DNA of 63,312 bases, counting the filler, from Platydemus manokwari (Eukaryota): the NCBI GenBank assembly GCA_037951405.1. It is 6 parts of 6 records of this genome, joined end to end, with 100 filler letters (N's around TTAATTAATTAA, not from the genome) between each part and the next. Parts side by side here need not be neighbours in the genome. Positions count along the whole stretch, not along the records: positions 20,670 to 32,000 come from JBBMOY010755537.1; positions 32,101 to 44,000 come from JBBMOY010404444.1; 4 more parts are not named here. One strand, given 5' to 3'. Within the stretch, counting starts at the first letter, position 1. The number at the start of each line of letters is the position of its first letter. Below the pieces are notes generated by a model. It was not told where the DNA came from. It saw only the letters and a list, made by a program, of their open reading frames with translations, and searched no databases. A program made the position numbers and the translations under genes. Shown here in pieces: positions 26,011 to 37,203 of the stretch.

Positions 26011-29000
26011 TTATTCCTGTATAATACATCTTGAACAAGCTTTAGAAGCCGAAAATGCCATCTTATGGCACATTTTCAAATGGGCCATCAGCCTTATATG
26101 ACTCAGAAACGATTGTGAACAAACCGGACATCTTTGTGAAAAACGTTCGTGTGTTCTTTCGTGTGATTCCAACAAGTACCGATGGAAAAACATTTTGTGA
26201 CACATTAAACATTTGAAAGTCTGATGAGAAGTAACATGTGAATTGATGTGTGATATACGCACTTTTTCACCGCATTCAAGACAAGATATTTTTCGATTAT
26301 TCAATTTTGGATTTGAATATTTTTTCATGAAAACATGTAAACTGGTCTGAAGGAAAATAATCATATCAAAAAATTTATATTTATATATTATATTGGGAAA
26401 AAATCGAAAAAAACATGTAAAAGTTTATAGCAAAAGCTTTAATGTTCAACAATCATTAAAAAATGAAATCAATTCATATAGATATCTCACGTCGGAATTA
26501 TTAATAAATGATGTTATTGCACAAAAATAAAAGATTAAAACAAACTCCACTAATGGATATATTCATCAAATCATGAATAATGAAATGATTTATTTGTAAA
26601 TTTAATCAAAATTCTTTATACTACGTCAATTAAAAGAAATTTAACCAAAAAATATTAAAAAACTTCAAATTCCGAACCTATATTGAATCGATAATTTAGA
26701 TATCAACAAAACCCTTATTTATATTTTGAGATAAAGCTGTTGGAATAAAATATTCAGACTAAAAAACTGAAAAATAATTAATAATAAATTATTTAAACCA
26801 GCGTTCTTCAAAAAAGTGGGGTTGTGAGAAATTTCATTTTCGACACTGACGTCTATTTAGACAAAATATCGACCAAATTTTAAAGATCTGGAATTAGTAT
26901 TGAGACCAGCCATCATCCCAATAGAGTCAAGATTTGATGATTTTTGCCAGAATATGCAAATTCGTTGTTATAATTAAATATATTTTGGTGCGAAAAATAC
27001 TCACTTTATTATTTTTGTCCATAAGGATCACGAAAAAATGGGACTCGTAAAGTGGGTCACAACACAAAGTGTGAAGACCACTGATTTAAACAATAATATC
27101 GAAAAATTATATTACTGAATTCGTAGATTTTTCTACAAGGCAATATCGATTTTCTCAGAATTAATATTAGGCATTATTTATAAACAGAAAATTTCTAAAA
27201 TAAACACAGTTATGATTGCCAATCATATATTGTTCACTTATGTCAACTCTTCAATAACACCAATGATGCATATAAATGATCGTTTTATTAATAAACTATT
27301 TTATTCATCACTGATATATAAAAGATTAGAAAAATGGTATCAAAATTGCTATAAAACCTCGCAAAATTACAAAATATTTATATAAAGCTAATACAAAACA
27401 AGGTGTATCCATAGAAACGGACACATTTCAAAGATAGACATATAAAATTACCTTGGGTCGTTTCTTCAATTTATGTCTTCTATTGTAATGTTTCTTGCAA
27501 TCTAAATAACTGGAAAAGGTGAGATCACAAATTTCACATTCAAACTGATGAACTAGATGAGTTTTTAAATGATTTTCCATGTCTGGTGTTATCTAATGAA
27601 AAAAACCCAATTAATGATCACACACACATACACGCACACAATCAGCATACCTGTGAACAAATAATACATCTAATATAACCAATAGGAATCCATTGGTGAG
27701 TCAAACTAATATGTTGGAATAAATCGATTACATTTTCAAAATGATTCTCATCACAATACGGACATGGAAATATTGTTCGAGGAAATAAATGTGATTTATA
27801 ATGTTGAATAAGCGATGATTTCGTGATGAATGTTTTATCACAATGTTCACAATACAAAGGCATTAAATCACATTCCAGCAAATGTCTCGGTGTGATTGCC
27901 TGAAATAATGGTTTTTTTTGAAAATCAAATCATTATCACAAATATCTATCAAAAACCAACCCGATTTTTGCCTTGTTTCTCTAAAATCCCATGATATCGA
28001 ACATGTGATTTGTGAGCAGATTCATTGGGTAAAACAGCATGGCAGATATCACACGGTTTTGGATCATTCTTGTGAATTCGTAGATGGTGACCAATTGCAG
28101 ATACGATCTTAAATGGCAATAAAACAAACAAAACAACCCCAGACACATTCGTCGTACTTTCTTACAAAACAGACATTCATATTTGCCATCTTTGATGTTT
28201 CGATGGGCCTTGGTGACATGTCGAGCCAATTCAACCAAATGCTTGAATGAAGCATCACATTCATTACAAGGATGTTGTTTTTCCTTTTCGTGCATATTCA
28301 TATGTCGTTCATGATTAACTTGACATTGACTTCTTTTGCCACAAAAATCACAAACGTATTTGAAATGTGTTTTGATATGGGCTTTCATTTCTTGATTATT
28401 CAACGATATTCCACATTTCGCACACGTTTGTAGGCTTTTGTGAATTTTCGAATGCTTTTTCATGTACGCATTTCTCACAACGCTGTGACATATTTGACAC
28501 TTGGTTGTTTGGGACTACAAAACAATATCGCCATATTAATTATACAAATAGATTATATTCACATATATATAAATGTATTAATGCACAATATAACCACCAT
28601 ATTCGGTTGGAAGTTTTATATAAATATAATAATTGATGCTGAGCCGAACAAGTGAGAGTGTAATCATTGATGCAAAACCGACATGCTTGTGAGTATATTA
28701 AGAGAGGGAGGTTAAACACTTGAATTATTTCCAATATAAACGAGTGGGGCCTCAAACACCTTAATTTGCTCTATAATATATTTGAATACAGGATTTAAGG
28801 GACCCTTCTTAGACCAGAGACATGTATCTAGTTTTCAAATCTGCTTATGTCATTTATATATACATAAATGTATGTGTTTCATGATAAAATAATAAAAAAT
28901 TTATAAATGAGACATTTTAACAAATGTAATTTTAAAAGCCCATTACGGGATTGATTGATATATAAAGTTTAAAAATATTAATCCAACAAAAACATTATCA

Positions 29001-29682
29001 TTGGAAATAAACTTTCGATTGAACAAAGGAACATGATTGGAAATCGAAAAAAACGTTTCTCATTTTCAAGCATCATCATAAAGAAAACCATCCATTCGAC
29101 AAAAAGTATGCAAAATTAAATCTACTTGTTCATCCACTCACATAATAGGCGTACTTCAGAAGTACGCAGTGCAGTATAATTTGAGAATAAATGAAAAAAT
29201 TGCATTAGGACACCAACCAATTGTTGTCTTGCTTCGATTAGAGCATGATGTCTTAAATGAGACTCAAATTTACTTCTATTTGTGAAACCCTTTCCACACT
29301 TTTCACAACGGAACGTTCCACATGAATGGCGAGTTAGTCCGATTTCGGAATAATAATTTTCACATTTAAGACACTGAACTTTAACGGGTGCAAAGCACTC
29401 ATTTTGAGAATCTTTGGCCTCCGGCTTTTATGATAAATAAATAAAATATCGTTGATGAAAACATACTTTTAACACATAATCTGCTTTTGGTTCCTCGTTT
29501 AATTCTGCTTTCATGTCATTTTTTATATCTTTACTTAAAACAACACAACATTTCTTTATGTTATTTGTAAACGATTCAGAATTATTATCAATGCAAATGT
29601 TATCATTGTAGATTGATGATTTTATAACAGGCTTAATATCCTCTGAAAATTTTCTCTTTTTCAAATTTGATCTGGTTAGCAT
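26011..29682 (-). CDS. Multi-C2H2 zinc-finger protein; exons 29682-29467, 29424-29218, [unresolved 29217-28515], 28514-28158, 28107-27961, 27899-27651, 27592-27452, 26346-26011
   Basis: All resolved exons are phase 0 with GT-AG; several introns are 42-61 nt. About 14 fingers, e.g. CEKCGKGFTNRSKFESHLRHH, CNECDASFKHLVELARHVTKAH, CEHCDKTFITKSSLIQHYKSH, CPVCSQSFLSHIRLMAHLKMCH; N-terminal KKRK NLS-like motif. Confidence 0.9.
26799..27083. mobile_element. hAT Buster-type MITE in the last intron of the zinc-finger gene
   Basis: TIR CAGCGTTCTTCA/TGAAGACCACTG (10/12); perfect 8-bp TSD ATTTAAAC at 26791-26798 and 27084-27091. Confidence 0.88.
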
Positions 29683-31099
29683 ATAATATTGACAAAAACT
29701 GTTTTATTAAAAAATATCAAAAATTGAAGCGTAAAACGAAATTTTAAAGCAATTTAAAACAAAATTTTTATTTACATAAATGATACAATTATCCTTTATG
29801 AAATATGATTAAAGAAGTCTGCATTTGATTTATGAAATTAAAATGAATTTAATTAATTGGATTTAAGGATCATTCAATATCATCACATTAAGAATTAAAT
29901 ATAAATATTGATATTAAAATTATTAGCACTCAAAGTCACCAAAACACTATATAGCAAAAAGATTCAATGGATTCTCCTGAAAATTTGTGGACGACAATGT
30001 TATTCTTTTTAATTTAAACATTTTTTCCAGACTTATTTACTAACTCTATAAAAATTCTTACAAGTTATCTTTTTTGTAATCTATGGCCTATTCATATATG
30101 ACATTTCTCTTGTTTAAGCATATTTGTATGTTTTAGCCTACAATATCTGTAACTTCAGCTTTTTGCTCAATTTCAGTTTGTAGCATATCTCTTTGATATA
30201 AGGAAAATATCAATTTAGATTATTTACGGTATCATAGTCAAAATCAATAAATTTCCAAAGTTTATGTTTCAATTTTAGATGTAACATTGCTCCCACAATA
30301 TTCATTTCACATAATTCCAAACTTATATTCTTAACGTTTTCATGATTTTTCTTAGAATGCGTGATGGTTAAAAGATGCTTATTAAATACTACTATATGTA
30401 TAATTGAAACATCATGTTATGCTTTTAAAATTAGAAAACCTTCATGGAGTTCAATTTACCCCATAATATATTACACATTAATTTTGAAAACAAATTTTAA
30501 AATTTAGACTACAACGTGAAAGCATAAAGTTACACTTAAGTAAATAACCAAAAATCTAAAAAGTATTTAAAAAATATAAAAAATTTAAATTTTAAAAAAA
30601 GCATTAAAAAAAATTTACAAAGTTATATTAAAATTAAATAAAATAAAAATTCTGTTTTAACACAACGCATTCTTTTTTTTTTACATTTTGATTAAACGAG
30701 GTTAAGATCATTAATAAAATATTCGAAATTGCAAGAAATTTAAGTCTAAATCCATCATAGGAATGTTTCTCTCCTCTGCAAAAATAGCAATATGACTAAA
30801 ATTAACATTTCAAAAATAAAAGAGAAGGAGAATGCAACACTCCTTGACCACTAGGAATGAGTCAAAAGAGGAGAACAACTACTTGCAATCAAAAACGAAG
30901 TGCCTAAAGATACCCTGTAAATCAAAAGAAGCCTAGCACACACTAACCGAGCATTACATAAAGAAACAAAACGAATGCATGATTATCTCTGAATGCCAAC
31001 AACCATGCAGCAAATCATGTAACCAATTCTGCGAACTAAAGAAATTGACGAAATGAGGGCTAAACTTCTCCTTTAGTAAAATAAGCAGCGAAACAATAT

Positions 31100-31625
31100 A
31101 CAATATATCTCTTACCAAGAAAGACTCCACGGCGCAAGTAGAAACAACTTTCTCTACCCAGATCTGCTTTATGCTGATCCAAACGCAGAGATACTTTAAG
31201 CCTTATTAAAAAAATGCATAAAAGATATTGAAATTCCAGAGAAATGGCCAACATACTCTACAACAATGGTCCTAGAATCGATGAAGAACGAACAATACGA
31301 CTAGAACGGATCATGGCGACCTATAGCGTCACTTGACTGCTGTTATAAATTGCTAATAACGATCTTCTGCCAACAATTGCGTGACTGGATAGATACTAAC
31401 AACCTAATACACCCTCTACAGAAAACCTCGGGCCCAACAGACGGATGTGCAGAGCACAATTTTCTTTTATGGGCTCTATTAGAAGAACATACAAAAAAGC
31501 AGAGATGATCTCCATAATGCACTTATGAACATTGAAGAAGCCTATCCAATCGCAAAAGTGAAGGTCATCCTCACCATCTTAAAACATATTGGGGTTGATA
31601 AATATTCACTCAATAATCAAATACC
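31100..31625 (+). pseudogene. Non-LTR retrotransposon RT fragment (R2/NeSL/Utopia-like, RLE type)
   Basis: CIKDIEIPEKW, SWRPIASLDCCYKL, TDGCAEHNFLLWALLE and MNIEEAY resemble the early RT domains of RLE-type elements (WRPISL..YKL, DGC.EHNF, LD...AF). Confidence 0.8.
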
Positions 31626-31645
31626 TTTACAGAAAAGCAAAACAT

Positions 31646-31649
<4 letters not shown>

Positions 31650-31707
<58 letters not shown>
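31650..31707. repeat. (AAT)n microsatellite
   Basis: About 18-19 perfect units. Confidence 0.97.
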
Positions 31708-31711
<4 letters not shown>

Positions 31712-32000
31712 ATGTTATCTGATTTTGACACGCGACTAAAAGTAGAAGCGGGACATAAAAATGGTCAATGAGAAAATTCTAACATATTTTATGAACAAAT
31801 AAAAATAATAACCAAACTCTAAATTGGAAAATACGAAAAATTACTATTGGAAAAAAATTTTTTTAATAAATGGAGACAGAACTAACAATATGTATCAGTA
31901 GAAAATACCATATAAAGACGGAACATTCCATAACATCTACCCACTGAAAAATCTTAAGTTCAGATTCGGATCTGAAATTATTCGTAGCAAAGATTATTAC

Positions 32001-32100
32001 NNNNNNNNNNNNNNNNNNNNNNNNNNNNNNNNNNNNNNNNNNNNTTAATTAATTAANNNNNNNNNNNNNNNNNNNNNNNNNNNNNNNNNNNNNNNNNNNN
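32001..32100. other. Assembly spacer
   Basis: 44N-TTAATTAATTAA-44N. Confidence 0.99.
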
Positions 32101-32989
32101 TTAACTTTTTAAATGAACTTTAGTCATTAATGAACAAAGTAATATTTGAAATCTTAGAAAATATTTTCATTCAACTTTAGTATAAATTTTTGTTTACTTT
32201 TCATTCGTCAGATACCAAACTCAAAAATTCCGAGAGATTTTTGACATGAGAGAGCGTTTTAAAACCAAAATATTTGATGTTTCTCTCATGATTTATTACA
32301 TTGAACTATATTTTTCAATTTAAATCTCATTTATAAATTAGTAATTATCTTGATGATTTTTTTGGATAAGATTACAGAGATGCCTCACTTCAAAGGAACA
32401 TCTTTGATACATCAGTTTATTTCGAGATAAAAAAAATTGTGTATAAATTGTAATTTTAACTTCTGAAATAAAGCTATATTAAAATCAGAATGATAATATG
32501 GTAAGATTATTTGGCAATCTTAAAACAAATCGATCCCCGTCATTAAAAATATAATTTTAAAAAACGGTTTTATTTTTAGAAAATCTGATTTTTAAAAATA
32601 GATTGACTTGGTTTTTGCCCTTGATATGTATTAATAAATCACATTCGAAGTGTGTCGGGTGGATTTCAAAAAAGTATTATTATCTTGTTTGTAAATTTTT
32701 ACTTTCTAACGATAGTTCTAGAAGTGTCATCGGCAACTATACTATCCAGAGAAATAAGAAGCCTCTGAAAGAATTATATTACTGATTCAGTCTACTGATG
32801 AAATTGAGTAATATAATCTACAAATCCCTGTAAATAAAGAACATACCATCCCATCAAAAAAGGATCCAATTTCAAATTCGAAAAACGTAATCAATATAAA
32901 AACCGCAGAAAAATATAATCAGCTCTGGCCAAATATAAAAAAAATAACTTCAATTATATGTATCTGCAAATACTAAAAATATCAATACT

Positions 32990-33900
32990 ATCAGACCATT
33001 CACATTTGAAGGCCGATGAAAAAGAATGATTATAGAAATATCGGATCAAGCCAAATGGCTTGTAGAATACAATATAATCGTTTAAATTGCAATGTAAAAT
33101 TATCTAAATAAATATCAAAACTTATCAAAAACTTGACATAAAAGGGGTATTTGGTCCATATTCTGTGGGGTTGGAGGTAGATTCACTCAAAATGCTCAAT
33201 GCCATGTTCGAGAACTGCAACACAGAGATTGTGATGAAAAAACGAGAACGTCCCAAATAATTATAATTATGAAAAGAGTTGCTCTATTCATAACTAACTC
33301 TTAATCATCGGAATGTTTTCAAGTATATGTGTACAGCAAGCTGGAACAAGCTAAATCACTAATAAGAATGCGCATTTTCTGTGACTTGATCTATACCTCT
33401 CGTTTATATGAAACGACATATAAATCAAGCTCAAGTCAACAGAATGTTTGAAATTCAAGTCAATAGAATATGGTCACCTACAAATCACAAAAGAAGAAAT
33501 CATCCTCGAACTTATCAATGAGGACTACTATAAATGGCAGTAAAAATATGATCTCAACAATAGCAATTACCAGAACAATCTGTACCGATATGTAAAAGAA
33601 ATTCGAAAAATTAGTATTTGCTCAATCAATGCTATTTAACTGTTATCTATATCGAAAAACAAAAAAATATTGAACATCAAAATACTTAAATATCCCTGTA
33701 ACACGCAGCTATATATTCATGATTTTAAGACAATTAATGGTAATGAGAGTGCTGTGACCTAGAGGTTTGTAACTATAAAAGTATTAAGGAATGTCTAGCA
33801 CCACGTTGAAATTGAATTGGTTTACGAGTGATTATATGAATGTCAAAAACAAGACCACACATAGCCATTGCGGACCAAAATTTAAGTACCAATCAATTAA
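32990..33900 (+). pseudogene. Highly degenerate LTR-retrotransposon pol remnant
   Basis: Scattered RT/RNase H-like pieces (LNHR, NKNAHFL*, resembling DHRPL and N.NAD.LSR); no long ORF. Confidence 0.3.
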
Positions 33901-35910
33901 AGAAAAACAATTAAAAAAGCAATTACATTTTTTATTCTAATCAAAATGTCATCGAACTCTATTAGTGGACACAGCAGTAACAACACTGAAGAAAAAGGAT
34001 GAATTTCGTAAAACCAACAGAAAAACATCTCAAACAAAGACTCCAACTGAGACATTGTTGACCATTCCAATATAAATAAGTTGAAAAGCTTTTGTTAGCT
34101 AATATTTAAGGCTGGAAGTTACATTTTTATATTTCGGGAAAAGGATTTCTAAAATTTTCTAAACTGTCTGATTCGCTCTTCAGATTCCAAAAAATTATAA
34201 AATATATAATTTATTTATTTATATTATTTATTTTAAGTATTATATTAATTTTTTGATATGAAATCCGAAATTAAATTTACTTGTATGCTTTGAGAATTGA
34301 TCGAATTGTAAAAATATAATAAAACGATTTGTTGGTGTAACCAATGCATTACACAGGCGGAATTTACATTTATATTTACAAAAATAAAATCATCAAAGCT
34401 GACATGAATTTTAGAACAATGTAGAATAATTCTAAATGATACACATAATTCACTTCGATTAATGACACATTAATTATCTCTTGGATTGAAAAACAAGAAA
34501 ACCTTTTTATTTTAATGAATATTTACTGAACATCAAAATTCGCGAAGATCATAAAATTAACAACATAAACATGTCTTATGAAAATATGATAATGAAAATT
34601 ATCGCAAAACTTTCAATGTCGTTGTGAAGAAAGCTAGGTATTTGGCAAGGAGTTCAAAAATTCAAAGTCATCAATAGTTATTACAAAAATTTCCATCGGT
34701 TCTGTTGACAAGATAATCAATTCATCTTTCAACAAAAGTTCTAAACCCATGTTATTAATTGTTTCGAGTAGATTTTAAATTTTCCTACATTAAATGCGTG
34801 AAGCAATTTGAAATGGAACACAAACAGTGTTTTTAATATAAATAAATGAAATAAATTCATTAATTTTCTCTCATTTTTCTGAAATATTTGCTCATTTGTC
34901 AGTGGTTGCCAAAATATGTTTATGTTTTCCATGGCAACTTATATTTATCGCATTTAAAGACATAAGATATTCTCACTAGATATTGAGATTTCAGCAAATC
35001 AAATATAATATTTTCAAAACATGTCAAAACTATTATTCATAGGTCGACTTGTTTTAGAAAAATGATTTATTCTTTATTTATAAAATTTTACACGACTTTT
35101 TATTCCTGGATAATTATCTCATTTCAGTGTAAAAATGTATAGATTTTCTATGAGCTTTAATTGTCCTTAAAATGGATATATTTGTTGTAATCCACTCTGT
35201 TTTATTATAGTTTACTGCATTCAGTTTGGCACACATTTTAATGTTATCAATGGTGTTTTTGAAGCAAACGATTTTCTAAGATAGAAGGAGTAACGACCAC
35301 CCAAATTCCTATTCAGAAAACTCCGGCCATATTTTAAATTTATAAAATAACATATATCATTCCCTAGTTCACGTTCGGTAAGTTCTCTGGAGAATAGAAA
35401 TTAAAATTCTATTTTAGGTTATTAAATTAATGAATCCCAGATTGTGAGTTTGTGAACCCATTTTCTATACATTATCTGATGTATTTGCTGATGTCTGTTA
35501 AAAAGTATTCGGTCCCAAACTTTATTAAAATTAATACATAAAATCCTATTAAGATAATCCATTTCAATTTTAGGCTTATTAATTTAGCCATATTTGATAC
35601 AAGTTGTGATATACCGGAATATTTAAGAGTTTTTCTAAACATTAGATTGCAAAGAAAGATTAGCCTAGTGTTTCGCAAAATGGAATTCCAATTAAACCGG
35701 ACCCAGTGTATTATTTTACAGCTTTTTCCAAATGAAACAATGTAAAATAAAATATTGTTTCTCTCCTGTTTAACTTAAATGTCAATGTTTAAATAATTCC
35801 CCAATTATTCTTTCTTATTTTAATCGAATGATTTTATTTTCTTTGTGCAAGTCATTTGATTTGAAGCAATGGCAATTATTTTCCACTGATATTCTCCGTC
35901 AATTATTATT

Positions 35911-36427
35911 TGTAATGTCTTCATAAAATTTTTATAAAATCAAATTAATTTGATTGTTTAATTATATTTAAGTATATAATCCGGTGTCGTGTCTTTTCAA
36001 TTCGTTTGCGATGCGTTTTTTTAAACAGTAGCGGTTTACATGGCAACTACGCACCAGGATATGATTCTGTGAAGATCAATAACTGTAATTTATGGAAAAG
36101 AAAGAGAATGGGATTGAGTTATAAAAAAACATAAAGAAAATTTAGTTAAGATATGAAACACATAGAAGAACTAGAGTTTTTTATTGATATAAATATGTGA
36201 GCATTCGGTACAATGCCAATTAAGAATAAAAAGGAAATCAGAGATATTAAAGAAAGGGGTATGAGTATGTTAGAATTGAATTAAAATACGAATTGAAATT
36301 GTGAAAGATTTAATTTTGTTTAAAATAAAATTAATTTGTTTAAATCATTGTATTTAAATATAATTTTGATGTCGTGCCTTTTCAGTTCGTTTTCGATGCG
36401 TTTTTTATAAAATTATGACGGCTTACA
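35911..36427 (+). mobile_element. TRIM copy A (LTR-PBS-internal-PPT-LTR)
   Basis: 5' LTR ends ...GGTTTACA at 36040; PBS-like TGGCAACTACGCACCAGGAT; ~220-bp non-coding interior; PPT AAAGAAAGGGG; 3' LTR 36260-36427. Confidence 0.75.
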
Positions 36428-36451
36428 ATTACAATTACTATAATTGTCTTT

Positions 36452-36523
36452 AAAATAGAATTGAATGTCGAGTCTTTTAAGTTCGTTTTCGATGCGTTTT
36501 TTATAAAATAGTAGTGGCTTACA
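36452..36523 (+). repeat. Partial LTR of the same TRIM family
   Basis: TAGAATTGAATGTCGAGTC...GTGGCTTACA, nearly identical to 14173-14238. Confidence 0.8.
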
Positions 36524-36669
36524 GACTTGAAGAGAATCAAAGTTCTTAAGGCAAAGAGAATGTGATGACTTTAAAGTTTTTAAAACAAGTTTTTATAATT
36601 TTAAATAAAATAAATTATTAAAAAATCTTCAAATGATATATTTTTTAATTGATTTTCTGTGCTGGTGTT

Positions 36670-37203
36670 CGTGAGCATTTTAAATTGAATTACAATTTTT
36701 AAAGATTTAAGTTAATATTAACTTTTCTTATATAAAATCGAATTAATTTGTTCAAGTAATTGTGTTTAAATATATTTTCATTTCGTCTTCAATGTGTGCT
36801 TTATAAAATAGTAGTGGTTTACATGGCGTCTATCTATCAAGTTTCGATTTTGATAAGATCAATGACTGAAAATTATGGGAAGAAAGGAGAAAGATATTGA
36901 GATTAACTAGAGAAAATATAAATAATATATAAAGAAGATTTAGAGAAGATATAAAACAGATATAAGAACTAGAGTTTTTATGTAGATAAATATGTAGAGT
37001 ACTCGATATAATGCCCAATTGGGAATACAAAGATAATCAAAGATTTTAAATTAAAGGAGGATGTGAGTATCTTAAATTGCATTAAAATTCGTAAAGAATT
37101 AATTTTGTATAAAATCAAATTCATGTATTTTAATATAATTTGGTGTCTCGTGATTTATTAGTTCGTTTTCGAGGCATCTTTTCTAAAATAGTAGCCACGT
37201 ACA
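36670..37203 (+). mobile_element. TRIM copy B (534 bp)
   Basis: LTRs 36670-36823 and 37062-37203; PBS TGGCGTC...; PPT AAAGGAGGA; flanks GTGTT/GTGTG (4/5 TSD); interior homologous to copy A. Confidence 0.8.

Noticed and set aside
26221-26260. CTGATGAG motif
   Set aside because: Antisense to zinc-finger coding sequence; no stem II or GAAA.
28540-28770. Additional zinc-finger gene exon
   Set aside because: An open frame with one CxxC exists, but no convincing in-phase splice sites were found; left unresolved.
34600-35300. Possible decayed hAT transposase on the minus strand
   Set aside because: Only faint CxxH-like and RW-like fragments; not supportable without a search.
35985-37203. Regularly recurring ~60-bp motif that could be read as a CRISPR-like or satellite array
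   Set aside because: Eukaryotic context, no cas genes, and the 'spacers' are homologous to each other. Explained as TRIM LTR ends.
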